NCBI GenBank assembly: GCA_964393275.1
Contig: CAYMTA010000009.1
Span: forward strand, 53,544-117,543
DNA length: 64,000 nt
Source: an uncultured Geminicoccaceae bacterium
Lineage (GTDB): Bacteria > Pseudomonadota > Alphaproteobacteria > Geminicoccales > Geminicoccaceae
Direction of reading: 5' to 3'
In this document: positions 1 through 7,570 of the stretch, piece by piece
Position numbering within the stretch: the first letter of the stretch is position 1
Layout of the letters: each line of letters begins with the position of its first letter
Position numbers and translations under genes: made by a program
Notes under the pieces: generated by a model
Database searches by the model: none
The model's input: only the letters and a program-made list of their open reading frames with translations
What the model was told of the DNA's origin: nothing

Positions 1-150
1 GCCGCCCAGATCGACATCCGCGAAGGGCTCGCCGTCGCCTCGGACGGCTTCGTCGACGGCGATTTTCAGGTTCAGGTGGCCTCGACCGGCCTGGACGGCG
101 GCCTCTCGATCGGCTCCATGGTCAGCGAGGAGCCGGCCTTGGCCGCCTGA
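1..150 (+). CDS. 3' end of an unidentified CDS entering from the left edge
   Basis: Frame 1 is open from base 1 to TGA at 148-150 with GC-rich third positions. A hairpin terminator follows. Confidence 0.35.
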   Translation, partial: AAQIDIREGLAVASDGFVDGDFQVQVASTGLDGGLSIGSMVSEEPALAA

Positions 151-174
151 ACGGCCCAACGTCGCGGATCAAGG

Positions 175-206
175 GAAGGGCTGGCGCCACGCGCCGGCCC
201 TTTCGC
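175..206 (+). terminator. Rho-independent terminator candidate
   Basis: GGGCTGGCGC-cac-GCGCCGGCCC stem (one G.U pair) followed by TTT. Sits just after the stop at 150. Confidence 0.55.
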
Positions 207-449
207 CGTTCAGGGCAGGAACGGCCCCCATGAGGGCATCAGCCAAAAGGCTTAGTGTCGGAAGAACGCTGGCCCCGGCGCCCTGTCGCCATCCTCGATC
301 GACCTCGCGCTCTACCGCTAAGGATAGGTTGTCGCGTCGACTTGTTAATGTTAATCCTTAACCACTTGGCGCATCGCCCGTGGTCTACATGCTGTGGACT
401 AACTACAGTTGAGCGGGGATGGCTTCGACACGACCTAGGGAGTAAACGC

Positions 450-833
450 ATGCGTATGATTGCACTATCGCTCGTCTCGGGCGTTTGCCTGCTGGCCGCG
501 ACATCGGCCAATGCCGAAGGGGTAGCCCTCACCGATCACCAGCTCGACCAGGTGACCGCCGGCGCTCTCGAGCTTGGCGTCAGCCAATTGACGATGGGAA
601 CCATGTCTGCCAGCCGTTCGTTCGTCGCCTCGCCGCTGCTCCGCCAGGCAGTCAATGGCAGCCCAGCGCAACCTGACGAGAACCCACCCGTGCCTGCACA
701 GCCGGGCTTGCTGGAGATCATCTCGGGCGCATACTCCGATCAGAACAACGGCCAAGAGATTAGCAAGGCTCCTGTGCTAGGAAAGCTGTTCCTGTCACTC
801 CAGGTCTTCGGCCAGACTCCTTCTGCCCCATAG
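450..833 (+). CDS. Small secreted protein, VTAG-motif family paralog 1
   Basis: Internal ATG of the tracked ORF 255..833, preceded by GGGAG. Signal peptide MRMIALSLVSGVCLLAATSANA, then EGVALTDHQLDQVTAG (motif nt 528-563). Confidence 0.7.
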   Translation: MRMIALSLVSGVCLLAATSANAEGVALTDHQLDQVTAGALELGVSQLTMGTMSASRSFVASPLLRQAVNGSPAQPDENPPVPAQPGLLEIISGAYSDQNNGQEISKAPVLGKLFLSLQVFGQTPSAP

Positions 834-909
834 CCGCCGTCGGCGCATTGAACCTTGCTCGATGGGATCGAGCCGCTCTGACCAATGCAGAAAAAGGGGG
901 GAAGCCGTT

Positions 910-1356
910 ATGTCGCTCCTGAAAAAGGCGAGCGTTCTGTCAGCCTGTCTGCTGGCGACCGCCTCGATCGCCAACGCCGAGCAGGTCCGGTTGTCCATTG
1001 GCCAACTCGATCATGTCACAGCCGGCGCGATCTCGCCAATCTCGCCAATCTCGTCCATTTCGCCAATCCCGCCGATCGGTGGTGGGGCTGAGGCTCCCTC
1101 GCCCGGGGACCCGCCGGCGTCGACACCTGGACCGTCGGCACCCCCACCGGTTCGACTCACCCGGTCTGTGGGTGATGGCTCGGCTATGGCTTATGTGCCG
1201 ATAACGCCGGCCGGATCGATCACCGAGATCGGTCTCCGCGTCACACCCGGGCCCAATGGAACATCGGGCACCGCCTATGTCCGGGTGTCGTCGGAAGGCG
1301 GCGGCCCGATCACCTTGCCCGGCGTCAGCGCCACGGTTGTCCACAGCGGCAAGTGA
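910..1356 (+). CDS. Small secreted protein, VTAG-motif family paralog 2 (ISP-repeat, Pro-rich)
   Basis: Internal ATG of ORF 862..1356, preceded by GGGGGAAG. Signal peptide MSLLKKASVLSACLLATASIANA, then EQVRLSIGQLDHVTAG (nt 991-1026), followed by ISPISPISSISPIPPI. Confidence 0.7.
   Translation: MSLLKKASVLSACLLATASIANAEQVRLSIGQLDHVTAGAISPISPISSISPIPPIGGGAEAPSPGDPPASTPGPSAPPPVRLTRSVGDGSAMAYVPITPAGSITEIGLRVTPGPNGTSGTAYVRVSSEGGGPITLPGVSATVVHSGK
1030..1077 (+). repeat. Imperfect 9-bp tandem repeat (5 units, ATCTCGCCA-like) encoding (I-S-P)n
   Basis: Read directly: atctcgcca atctcgcca atctcgtcc atttcgcca atcccgccg atc. Confidence 0.8.
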
Positions 1357-1370
1357 GCTCGGATCAACCT

Positions 1371-3581
1371 CTACGTCGAAGCGCGTGATTGGGAGCAAAA
1401 GCGCTCCCACATCACGCGCAAGGCCCTTTCGATCTCGTGCCCAAAGAGCCGCTGATCGCAAAGCGCCGAGCTTGCCATGGCTTGGCGCTGGGCCGCGCGA
1501 TAATCGGCGAGACGCAATGGCTCCGTTGCCAGGCGGATGGCGATAGCAAGGTAGGCATCGGCGTTGCGCGCCACCCATTCCGGACGTCCGATAGCCCGAA
1601 GCAGGGTCTCGGTTTGCCTCGACACAGGCTGCCAGCCAGGCATGGTGACGATCGGCACTCCCATCCACAGGGCTTCGCAGCTCGTCGCCCCACCGCCGAA
1701 TGGAAACGGATCGAGGGCGATATCGACGTCGCCATACTGGCGCAGCACGGCAGCGTTGTCGGAAACACCACGCAGCTCGAGCCTGCCGTCCGAGACTCCG
1801 GCCCCGCGGATGGCCTCGCGTATCCTGGTCGCGACCGATGGATTGTCCAATGACGGCGACTTCAGGATAAGACGGGCAGTTGGCAACCGCTGGAGCAACC
1901 GGCACCAAAGCGCCAGCACTTCTCCTGTGAGCTTCGCCACATTGTTGAAGCTACCGAAGGTGATCCAGCCCTGGCGCAGCACGGGGGGCTCGGCGGGTTC
2001 CGGTGCGGTTGCCGGCGGCTCGTAGCAGAAGCGGCTGGGCGACAGGCGGATTACCCGTTCCGCGAAGAGCCCCTCCTCGCCCGGTGCAACGGCCACCTCG
2101 TCCATGATCGCATAATCGATCGCCTCCAGGCCGGTGGTGAACGGATAACCCAGCCAGGTTGCCTGGACCGGAGCCGGCTTGAGCGCGAAGCACCCGAGCC
2201 GGTTAAGCGCCGTGTGCCCGGATATGTCGATCAGGATGTCGATGCCGTCGGCGCGCACCTGCTCGGCCAAACGCCGATCCTCCATGCCGACGACCAAGCG
2301 CCAGCCATCCGCCAGCTCCTTGAACCGCGCGGTCATATTGTCTTCGCGGCCATTGCTCGAGTAGCAGATCACCGTGAAACGGCTGCGATTGAGCGCACGA
2401 AAAACAGCCATGAGCCAGTCACTTACCGCATGTCGGCAAAGCTCCGCCGAGACGATTCCGACCCGTAAGGGGCGAGTGGGGTCGGGGTCGTTCTGCCACT
2501 CCGTGAAACGGCCTGTCGGCTGGCCGAACCGTCGTCCCCACGCCGCGTGCTCCCGCGCGAGATCCTCCGGATGTTGGCTTGGATCGTAGAGGAGCGTGAG
2601 CAGCAGATTGCTATGGATGCGAGGATCATTCGGATCGATCGCGGAGGCACGCCGCAGGGCCGCCAGCGCATCGTCGATCAAACCCATGTCCCGCTTGATC
2701 TTGCCGATATTGTTGTAGGCGAAGGCGAAGTCGGGGCGTCGGGCCAGCACATCTTCATAACCTGCCAACGCTTCCTCGAAGCGGCCGAGCATCTCCAGCG
2801 TTTGAGCCCGATAGAAACGCGCGTCGAATTTCTCGGGGCTCAGCTCCAAGGCTCGGTCGAACGCAGCGAGCGCCGCCTGTCCCATCCCGTGGTCAATCTC
2901 GACCAGACCCAGCCCAATGAGAGCATAGACCGACTCCTCATGCTCCAGTGCCTGATCGAAGGCGTCCAACCCCTCCGCATAGCGGCCGAGCGCATGCAGG
3001 GCGTAACCCTTTTCGGCCCACGCACGACCGTGCTCCGGCGCACGCAGAAGAACAGCGTCGAGATCGGCGAGCGCGGCGTCGGGCTCTCCGGCGAGGCGCC
3101 GCGCCCCGGCTCGCGCAACGAGAATGTCGATGGAGCCCGGCACGGCCGCTAAGGCGGAATCGGCGGATGCAATGGCGGCTTCGTGTTGTCCGAGCTCCGC
3201 CAGGATGAGGATGCGCCATCGTTGGGCATCGATCATAGTCGGCTCGAGCTCAGTGAGCGACTCGAGCTTCGCCAGGGCGTCAGCACTGCGCCCAAAAGCG
3301 GTGAGGAGGATGGCAAGATTGTGCAAGGCCGAGACATAGCGCGGGTCCAAGGTGATTGCCCGCTCATAGGCTGCTATCGCCTCGGCCGGTTGCCCGATCG
3401 CGGTCAGGATGAACGCCTGAACACCATGGACGCGGGCGTACTCCGGATCCGCTTGGCTCGCCTCTCGCCAAAAGGCCTCGGCGCGGTCGTTCTCTCCCTG
3501 GTTGCACGCCGCCACGGCCAGATCGAGAAGCATGTCCAGCTCCGACCGTTCCCCGGACATCGCATGGCCAACCTCACGCAT
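1371..3581 (-). CDS. TPR-repeat protein with C-terminal GT41 (SPINDLY/O-GlcNAc-transferase-like) glycosyltransferase domain
   Basis: 736 aa with no signal peptide. The N-terminal half has many TPR-like repeats (AxxxYxxAlxldP pattern). The C-terminal half has the OGT/SPY-type pattern (GSFNNxxKL..., LDPFPFGGGATSCEALWMGVPIVT). Confidence 0.85.
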   Translation of the reverse strand: MREVGHAMSGERSELDMLLDLAVAACNQGENDRAEAFWREASQADPEYARVHGVQAFILTAIGQPAEAIAAYERAITLDPRYVSALHNLAILLTAFGRSADALAKLESLTELEPTMIDAQRWRILILAELGQHEAAIASADSALAAVPGSIDILVARAGARRLAGEPDAALADLDAVLLRAPEHGRAWAEKGYALHALGRYAEGLDAFDQALEHEESVYALIGLGLVEIDHGMGQAALAAFDRALELSPEKFDARFYRAQTLEMLGRFEEALAGYEDVLARRPDFAFAYNNIGKIKRDMGLIDDALAALRRASAIDPNDPRIHSNLLLTLLYDPSQHPEDLAREHAAWGRRFGQPTGRFTEWQNDPDPTRPLRVGIVSAELCRHAVSDWLMAVFRALNRSRFTVICYSSNGREDNMTARFKELADGWRLVVGMEDRRLAEQVRADGIDILIDISGHTALNRLGCFALKPAPVQATWLGYPFTTGLEAIDYAIMDEVAVAPGEEGLFAERVIRLSPSRFCYEPPATAPEPAEPPVLRQGWITFGSFNNVAKLTGEVLALWCRLLQRLPTARLILKSPSLDNPSVATRIREAIRGAGVSDGRLELRGVSDNAAVLRQYGDVDIALDPFPFGGGATSCEALWMGVPIVTMPGWQPVSRQTETLLRAIGRPEWVARNADAYLAIAIRLATEPLRLADYRAAQRQAMASSALCDQRLFGHEIERALRVMWERFCSQSRAST

Positions 3582-3643
3582 CCCGTTTCCGCAAGCCTTC
3601 CCAGCTTCCTGTCAAATATAGCAAACGGCAGACGCCCCACGCA

Positions 3644-3682
3644 CAAAAAAGAAGAGCCCCATCTTGTGATGAGGCTCTTCTG
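3644..3682 (-). terminator. Rho-independent terminator downstream of paralog 3
   Basis: On the minus strand: AGAAGAGCC-loop-GGCTCTTCT followed by TTTTTT. A second hairpin AACAGCG/CGCTGTT sits at 3688-3708. Confidence 0.75.
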
Positions 3683-3760
3683 ACTTCAACAGCGATGCAT
3701 CCGCTGTTCTAGGTCAGCCAGGCAACGCTTTCACGTCCCTGCCCGACCCGACAGGATGGC

Positions 3761-4135
3761 TCACGGTTGTGAGAACGACACCGAGCCGCTAACCGCCAAG
3801 GTGCCGCCCGAACGAACCCGACCGTTGTTGTTCAGGGAAGCGGCATCAATCTGGTTGGTGGCATAACCCTGCGTCGTGCGCACCGAGCTGAGCGAGGTGC
3901 CGATGGTGGCCGTGTTCGACGTGTTGCTCTTGCTCTCCGAAATCACGACCGCCTTGGTGGTGTTCCTGGTACGGACAGGACCGGTGATACCGAGGGCCAA
4001 ATCCAGATCCAGGTTGAGACCGGCGGTCACACCGTCCATCTGGCTGGCGCTGAGCTTCATGGGCTCGGCAGCCATGGCGCTGGTCGCCAGCAACGTGACG
4101 GCCGCACCGGCGAGAAACAGATTCTTCATCGACAT
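3761..4135 (-). CDS. Small secreted protein, VTAG-motif family paralog 3 (Ser/Thr/Asn-rich)
   Basis: AGGAGAAG RBS. Signal peptide MSMKNLFLAGAAVTLLATSAMA, then AEPMKLSASQMDGVTAG (nt 4019-4054). The mature part is rich in T/S/N/G/V. Confidence 0.75.
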   Translation of the reverse strand: MSMKNLFLAGAAVTLLATSAMAAEPMKLSASQMDGVTAGLNLDLDLALGITGPVRTRNTTKAVVISESKSNTSNTATIGTSLSSVRTTQGYATNQIDAASLNNNGRVRSGGTLAVSGSVSFSQP

Positions 4136-4212
4136 TGAGGCTTCTCCTAGGTTTTAGTCGGTACCGTCCACGACCGATCCATGTTTCGAAAGGTCAGTCG
4201 AGAACCTCGTGT

Positions 4213-4240
4213 GTCCGGCCGGGCCATTGCCCGGCCGGAC
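4213..4240 (-). terminator. GC-rich stem-loop at the stop of paralog 4 (no U-tract)
   Basis: GTCCGGCCGGG-ccattg-CCCGGCCGGAC, an 11-bp perfect stem abutting the TAG stop. Confidence 0.4.
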
Positions 4241-4593
4241 TAATTCGCAAAAACACCTGTGAGGACGCCACCACCACCAGCAGCCGAGGTGATGCCGACC
4301 CCGCTGGCCTTGACGGAGGTCTGAGAGATGGCGAGCGCCTGAAAGTCACCCGACGAGGACGGCGGCGTCAACAACACGCTTCCCTCCGTCTGGGTCAGCG
4401 AGACCTGATAGAGGGTGATCGACGCGCCGCGGGCTGTCGCCAGTCCCGTGCGAGAAATCGCAAAACCACTCCAGAGACCCGCCGCCGTGACCGAATCCAG
4501 CGATGCTGCATCCAGCCTGACCGGCTCGCCGGCAAGCGCCACGCTGCCGACGCCAAGGAGGGCGATGCCCACAAGTCCGTTCAAGATGCGCAT
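4240..4593 (-). CDS. Small secreted protein, VTAG-motif family paralog 4
   Basis: Internal ATG of ORF 4240..4743. Signal peptide MRILNGLVGIALLGVGSVALA, then GEPVRLDAASLDSVTAAG (nt 4477-4515). Confidence 0.65.
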   Translation of the reverse strand: MRILNGLVGIALLGVGSVALAGEPVRLDAASLDSVTAAGLWSGFAISRTGLATARGASITLYQVSLTQTEGSVLLTPPSSSGDFQALAISQTSVKASGVGITSAAGGGGVLTGVFAN

Positions 4594-4801
4594 GGGTTGA
4601 AACTTTCCTCTGGCACGATCGCAAAGCGACCACGAATTGCTTTCTGTTCCACCCTGACGCGGCCCAACCGCCCTGCAAGCACTGAATCGAAGCGGGAACT
4701 CCAATCCGAACAATAGCTTAGCTGGCTTCTTGGTCGCTGGCAACAGCCCTTTCGGATGATAGCCGAAGGTGGAACACCGGACATACAGGCTTCGAGGTCA
4801 G

Positions 4802-5254
4802 TTAAAAGATCGGGAACTCGCTGGCAACCGATGCCATGCCCACCGCGGCGACCTGCGCCGAGAAGAAGCCGGAGCCGTTAATTCTGACATTGATCGGAAT
4901 GGTCCAGACCTTCTGCCCGACGACATTGGTTGCGCCCACGCTCGCCGTTGCGGACGGCGGTGGTGCCACGCCACCAATGCCTATCGCCTTCGCCACGGCG
5001 ACGCCCTTCGTGACCGACAGCGACGGATTGCTGGTGCCCACCACGGTGCTCTCGAACGAGGCTTCCGAGCCCACGGTGCCCCAGGCTTGAGCGGCACCAT
5101 TCAGCGTGAAGCCGGAGACGGCGCCCGCGGTCACCGAGTCCATCTGGACCGCGTCGAGCCGCATGGGCTCGGCGGCCTGCGACGAGACGAGCGGCAGCGC
5201 CACACCCAAGGCGGCCAGCAGCGCCGCCCTCTTGGGGAAACCGGAAATCCGCAT
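4802..5254 (-). CDS. Small secreted protein, VTAG-motif family paralog 5
   Basis: Internal ATG of ORF 4802..5314. Signal peptide MRISGFPKRAALLAALGVALPLVSSQA, then AEPMRLDAVQMDSVTAG (nt 5123-5158). The C-terminus ends in ...EFPIF. Confidence 0.7.
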   Translation of the reverse strand: MRISGFPKRAALLAALGVALPLVSSQAAEPMRLDAVQMDSVTAGAVSGFTLNGAAQAWGTVGSEASFESTVVGTSNPSLSVTKGVAVAKAIGIGGVAPPPSATASVGATNVVGQKVWTIPINVRINGSGFFSAQVAAVGMASVASEFPIF

Positions 5255-5404
5255 CGCGTTCACCTCTCTATACTTCTCTGTCTCAGGCCGTCCTGGCCGA
5301 AGGAACCCATCCAACCGATCGCCCCGACATCTAAAATCCGGAGGCCGTGGTGATCAGAACCTTGTGTGGGGAAGATGCCAGCATTTTCCCCAATCGCGCA
5401 ACTT

Positions 5405-5431
5405 GTTCAAAAGGTCATACGACTTTTGAAC
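5405..5431. promoter_or_regulatory. Perfect 9-bp inverted repeat GTTCAAAAG-N9-CTTTTGAAC in the divergent low-GC intergenic region
   Basis: Read directly. Lies between paralog 5 (minus) and the C39 peptidase gene (plus). The TTAAGCTTAA palindrome at 5451-5460 is nearby. Confidence 0.5.
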
Positions 5432-5737
5432 CATTGAGCCGCGTCGAGGATTAAGCTTAACAGCCCGACACTTAATGGCTGGATGGAACAAGGAGTGATT
5501 TAAACTTATAGTTTAATCGCATCAGCCGCCGATGAACTTCTCGCATCGGGCTGGCACAGCCTGCCATGCCGGGAGCGCCGACGGACAGGCGATTCTTCGG
5601 GTCTGGGGCGCCAGATGGTTGCTTGGTCGCCCGGCGTGGCATTAGGGTAACGACCGGTCGCGTTCGCCATGAGCGGCATGCGCGGGAGTTGACCGTTTCG
5701 ACGGTTGATCTCTATCCCGCGTGGAGGAGGGAAAGTT

Positions 5738-6367
5738 TTGACGCACGCGAGCAGGCGGAGGTTTCTCGTCGGCGGTGCTCTTTTGGCGATGGGCGCTACC
5801 ACGCCGGGCTTAGCCGCGGCGCGGTCGGTCGAGAGCCTCAACGAGCGGCGCCACCATCAGGTCGTGATTCAGGAATTCGACATCAGTTGCGCCGCCGCCG
5901 CGCTGGCGACGCTGCTGACCTATCAGCATGGCGACCCCGTAACCGAGCGCCAGATCGCGCTGGGTCTGATCGATCGGCCGGAATACATCGAGAACCCGGC
6001 CTTGATCCGCCTGCGTCAGGGCTTCTCGCTGCTCGACCTGAAGCGCTTCGTGGATGGCCGTGGCTACGAGGGCATCGGCTTCGGCCAGCTCAGCTACAGC
6101 GATCTGCTCGAGCGGGCGCCGATCATCGTGCCACTCGACCTGCACGGCTTTCGACATTTCGTGGTTTTTCGTGGCGAGCTGGGCGACAGCGTCCTGCTCG
6201 CCGACCCGGCTTTCGGCAATCGCACCATGAGCCGGGAACGGTTCGAGCAGGCCTGGATCGATTTCCCGCAGATCGGCCGGGTCGGCTTTGTCGTCGAGCG
6301 GCGCGATGGCCTGATTCCGCCGAACCGCCTGGAGCCGACCTTGGCCGAGTTCCTCGTCATTCGCTGA
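5738..6367 (+). CDS. Stand-alone periplasmic C39-family cysteine peptidase (Tat signal)
   Basis: TTG start 6 nt after GGAGGAGGG. N-terminus is THASRRRFLVGGALLAMGATTPGLAAA (twin-arginine). Has the catalytic-type pattern QEFDISCAAAALATLL (Gln...Cys), and later HFVVF and ADP (His/Asp). Confidence 0.8.
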   Translation: MTHASRRRFLVGGALLAMGATTPGLAAARSVESLNERRHHQVVIQEFDISCAAAALATLLTYQHGDPVTERQIALGLIDRPEYIENPALIRLRQGFSLLDLKRFVDGRGYEGIGFGQLSYSDLLERAPIIVPLDLHGFRHFVVFRGELGDSVLLADPAFGNRTMSRERFEQAWIDFPQIGRVGFVVERRDGLIPPNRLEPTLAEFLVIR

Positions 6368-6391
6368 CCCTCATCAGAAGTGGTAGACTTC

Positions 6392-7570
6392 ATGCACCGT
6401 CGGCAACCGACCTCGACACGAGCACCGAACCTGCGGATCACGACCGTGGCGACGGCCGCCCTGCTGCTGCATTTGTCCGGCCCCGTCGCGGCCCAGGACA
6501 CAGGCACGGTCAGCGACCAGACCCTGCAGGAGGAGCTCAAGGCTCGCGACGCCGTGATCATCGAGCTGATGCACCGGGTCGACGAGCTCGAGCGGCGGCT
6601 GGGGGGAACGGAGGCGCCACCGGTCGCGGCGAAGGCCGCGCCGGCCCAGCCCGGGGAAGCACCGCCACCGGTCGAATCCGCCGAGGCGCCAGCCCCGGCA
6701 CCCGCCTCTCGTGGCCTGATCGATGTCGACGAGCTCGCCGCGGAGCGTGCGCTGGAGCGCACCCTGGTCGATGTGGGCGCGCTATTGCTGCCCGCCGGCC
6801 AGTCGGAGCTCGCGCCGGCGGCCGGCTTCACGCGACGCGATTCGAACTTCCCCACCCTCATCGGCGGGCAGGTCGTCAATGCGAACACCGAGCGCAACGA
6901 ATTCGCCTTCGACCTGGGCCTGAGCGTCGGACTGCCCTTCGATTCGCAGTTCGAGCTCAACCTGCCGTTCGATCTGGTCAACGAGCAGGGCAATCTGGAC
7001 ATCAACGGGGGCGTCGCGAGCTCAACCGAGCGCACCGGCTACGGGCTCGGTGACATCACGCTCGGCTTTGCCAAGACGCTGCTGCGCGAGGGTGAATGGC
7101 GGCCCGACCTCGTCGGCCGCGTCGTCTGGGACACGGCCACGGGCGATCAATTCGACGACGGGGTCTACCTCGGCAACGGCTTTCACCAGGTCAGCGGGCA
7201 GCTCGTCGCCGTCAAGCGCCAGGACCCGCTCGCCTTCGTCGGCGGCTTCACCTACAGCTACGCGTTCGAGGACGACGATATCAAGCTGGGCAGCGAGTAT
7301 GCCTTGTCGCTGGGCGCGGCCCTGGCCCTCAGCCCCGAGACATCGCTGAACGTCGCCCTCAATCAGACCTATTCCGACGATATCGAGGTCGACGGCGAGA
7401 AGGTCAACGGCAGCGATCAGCTGGCCGCCAGCTTCGACTTCGGCGGCTCGGCGATTATCGCGCCGCGCACGCTCTTCAGGTTGAACACCAGCATCGGCCT
7501 GACCGATGACGCGCCCGACTACTCCGTCCGCGCCACGGTTGCCTACCGCTTCAACACACCATTCTTCTGA
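6392..7570 (+). CDS. Outer-membrane beta-barrel protein with N-terminal coiled coil and Ala/Pro linker (FapF-like / MetA-pathway-type barrel architecture)
   Basis: Signal peptide ...LLLHLSGPVAAQD. Heptad-like segment DQTLQEELKARDAVIIELMHRVDELERRL, then an AP-rich linker. Alternating beta-strand pattern ending ...ATVAYRFNTPFF with a terminal Phe. A GTG at 6380 is an alternative start. Confidence 0.7.
   Translation: MHRRQPTSTRAPNLRITTVATAALLLHLSGPVAAQDTGTVSDQTLQEELKARDAVIIELMHRVDELERRLGGTEAPPVAAKAAPAQPGEAPPPVESAEAPAPAPASRGLIDVDELAAERALERTLVDVGALLLPAGQSELAPAAGFTRRDSNFPTLIGGQVVNANTERNEFAFDLGLSVGLPFDSQFELNLPFDLVNEQGNLDINGGVASSTERTGYGLGDITLGFAKTLLREGEWRPDLVGRVVWDTATGDQFDDGVYLGNGFHQVSGQLVAVKRQDPLAFVGGFTYSYAFEDDDIKLGSEYALSLGAALALSPETSLNVALNQTYSDDIEVDGEKVNGSDQLAASFDFGGSAIIAPRTLFRLNTSIGLTDDAPDYSVRATVAYRFNTPFF

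Noticed and set aside
940-1908. 322-aa minus-strand ORF covering paralog 2 and the 3' end of the GT41 gene
   Set aside because: It overlaps two better-supported genes and has no signal or domain features.
5566-7053. 495-aa ORF spanning the C39 peptidase and barrel genes in another frame, and 6094..7035 antisense
   Set aside because: The product is Arg/Pro/Gly-rich with no motifs. The chosen frames show a Tat signal, a catalytic Cys and a beta-barrel terminus.
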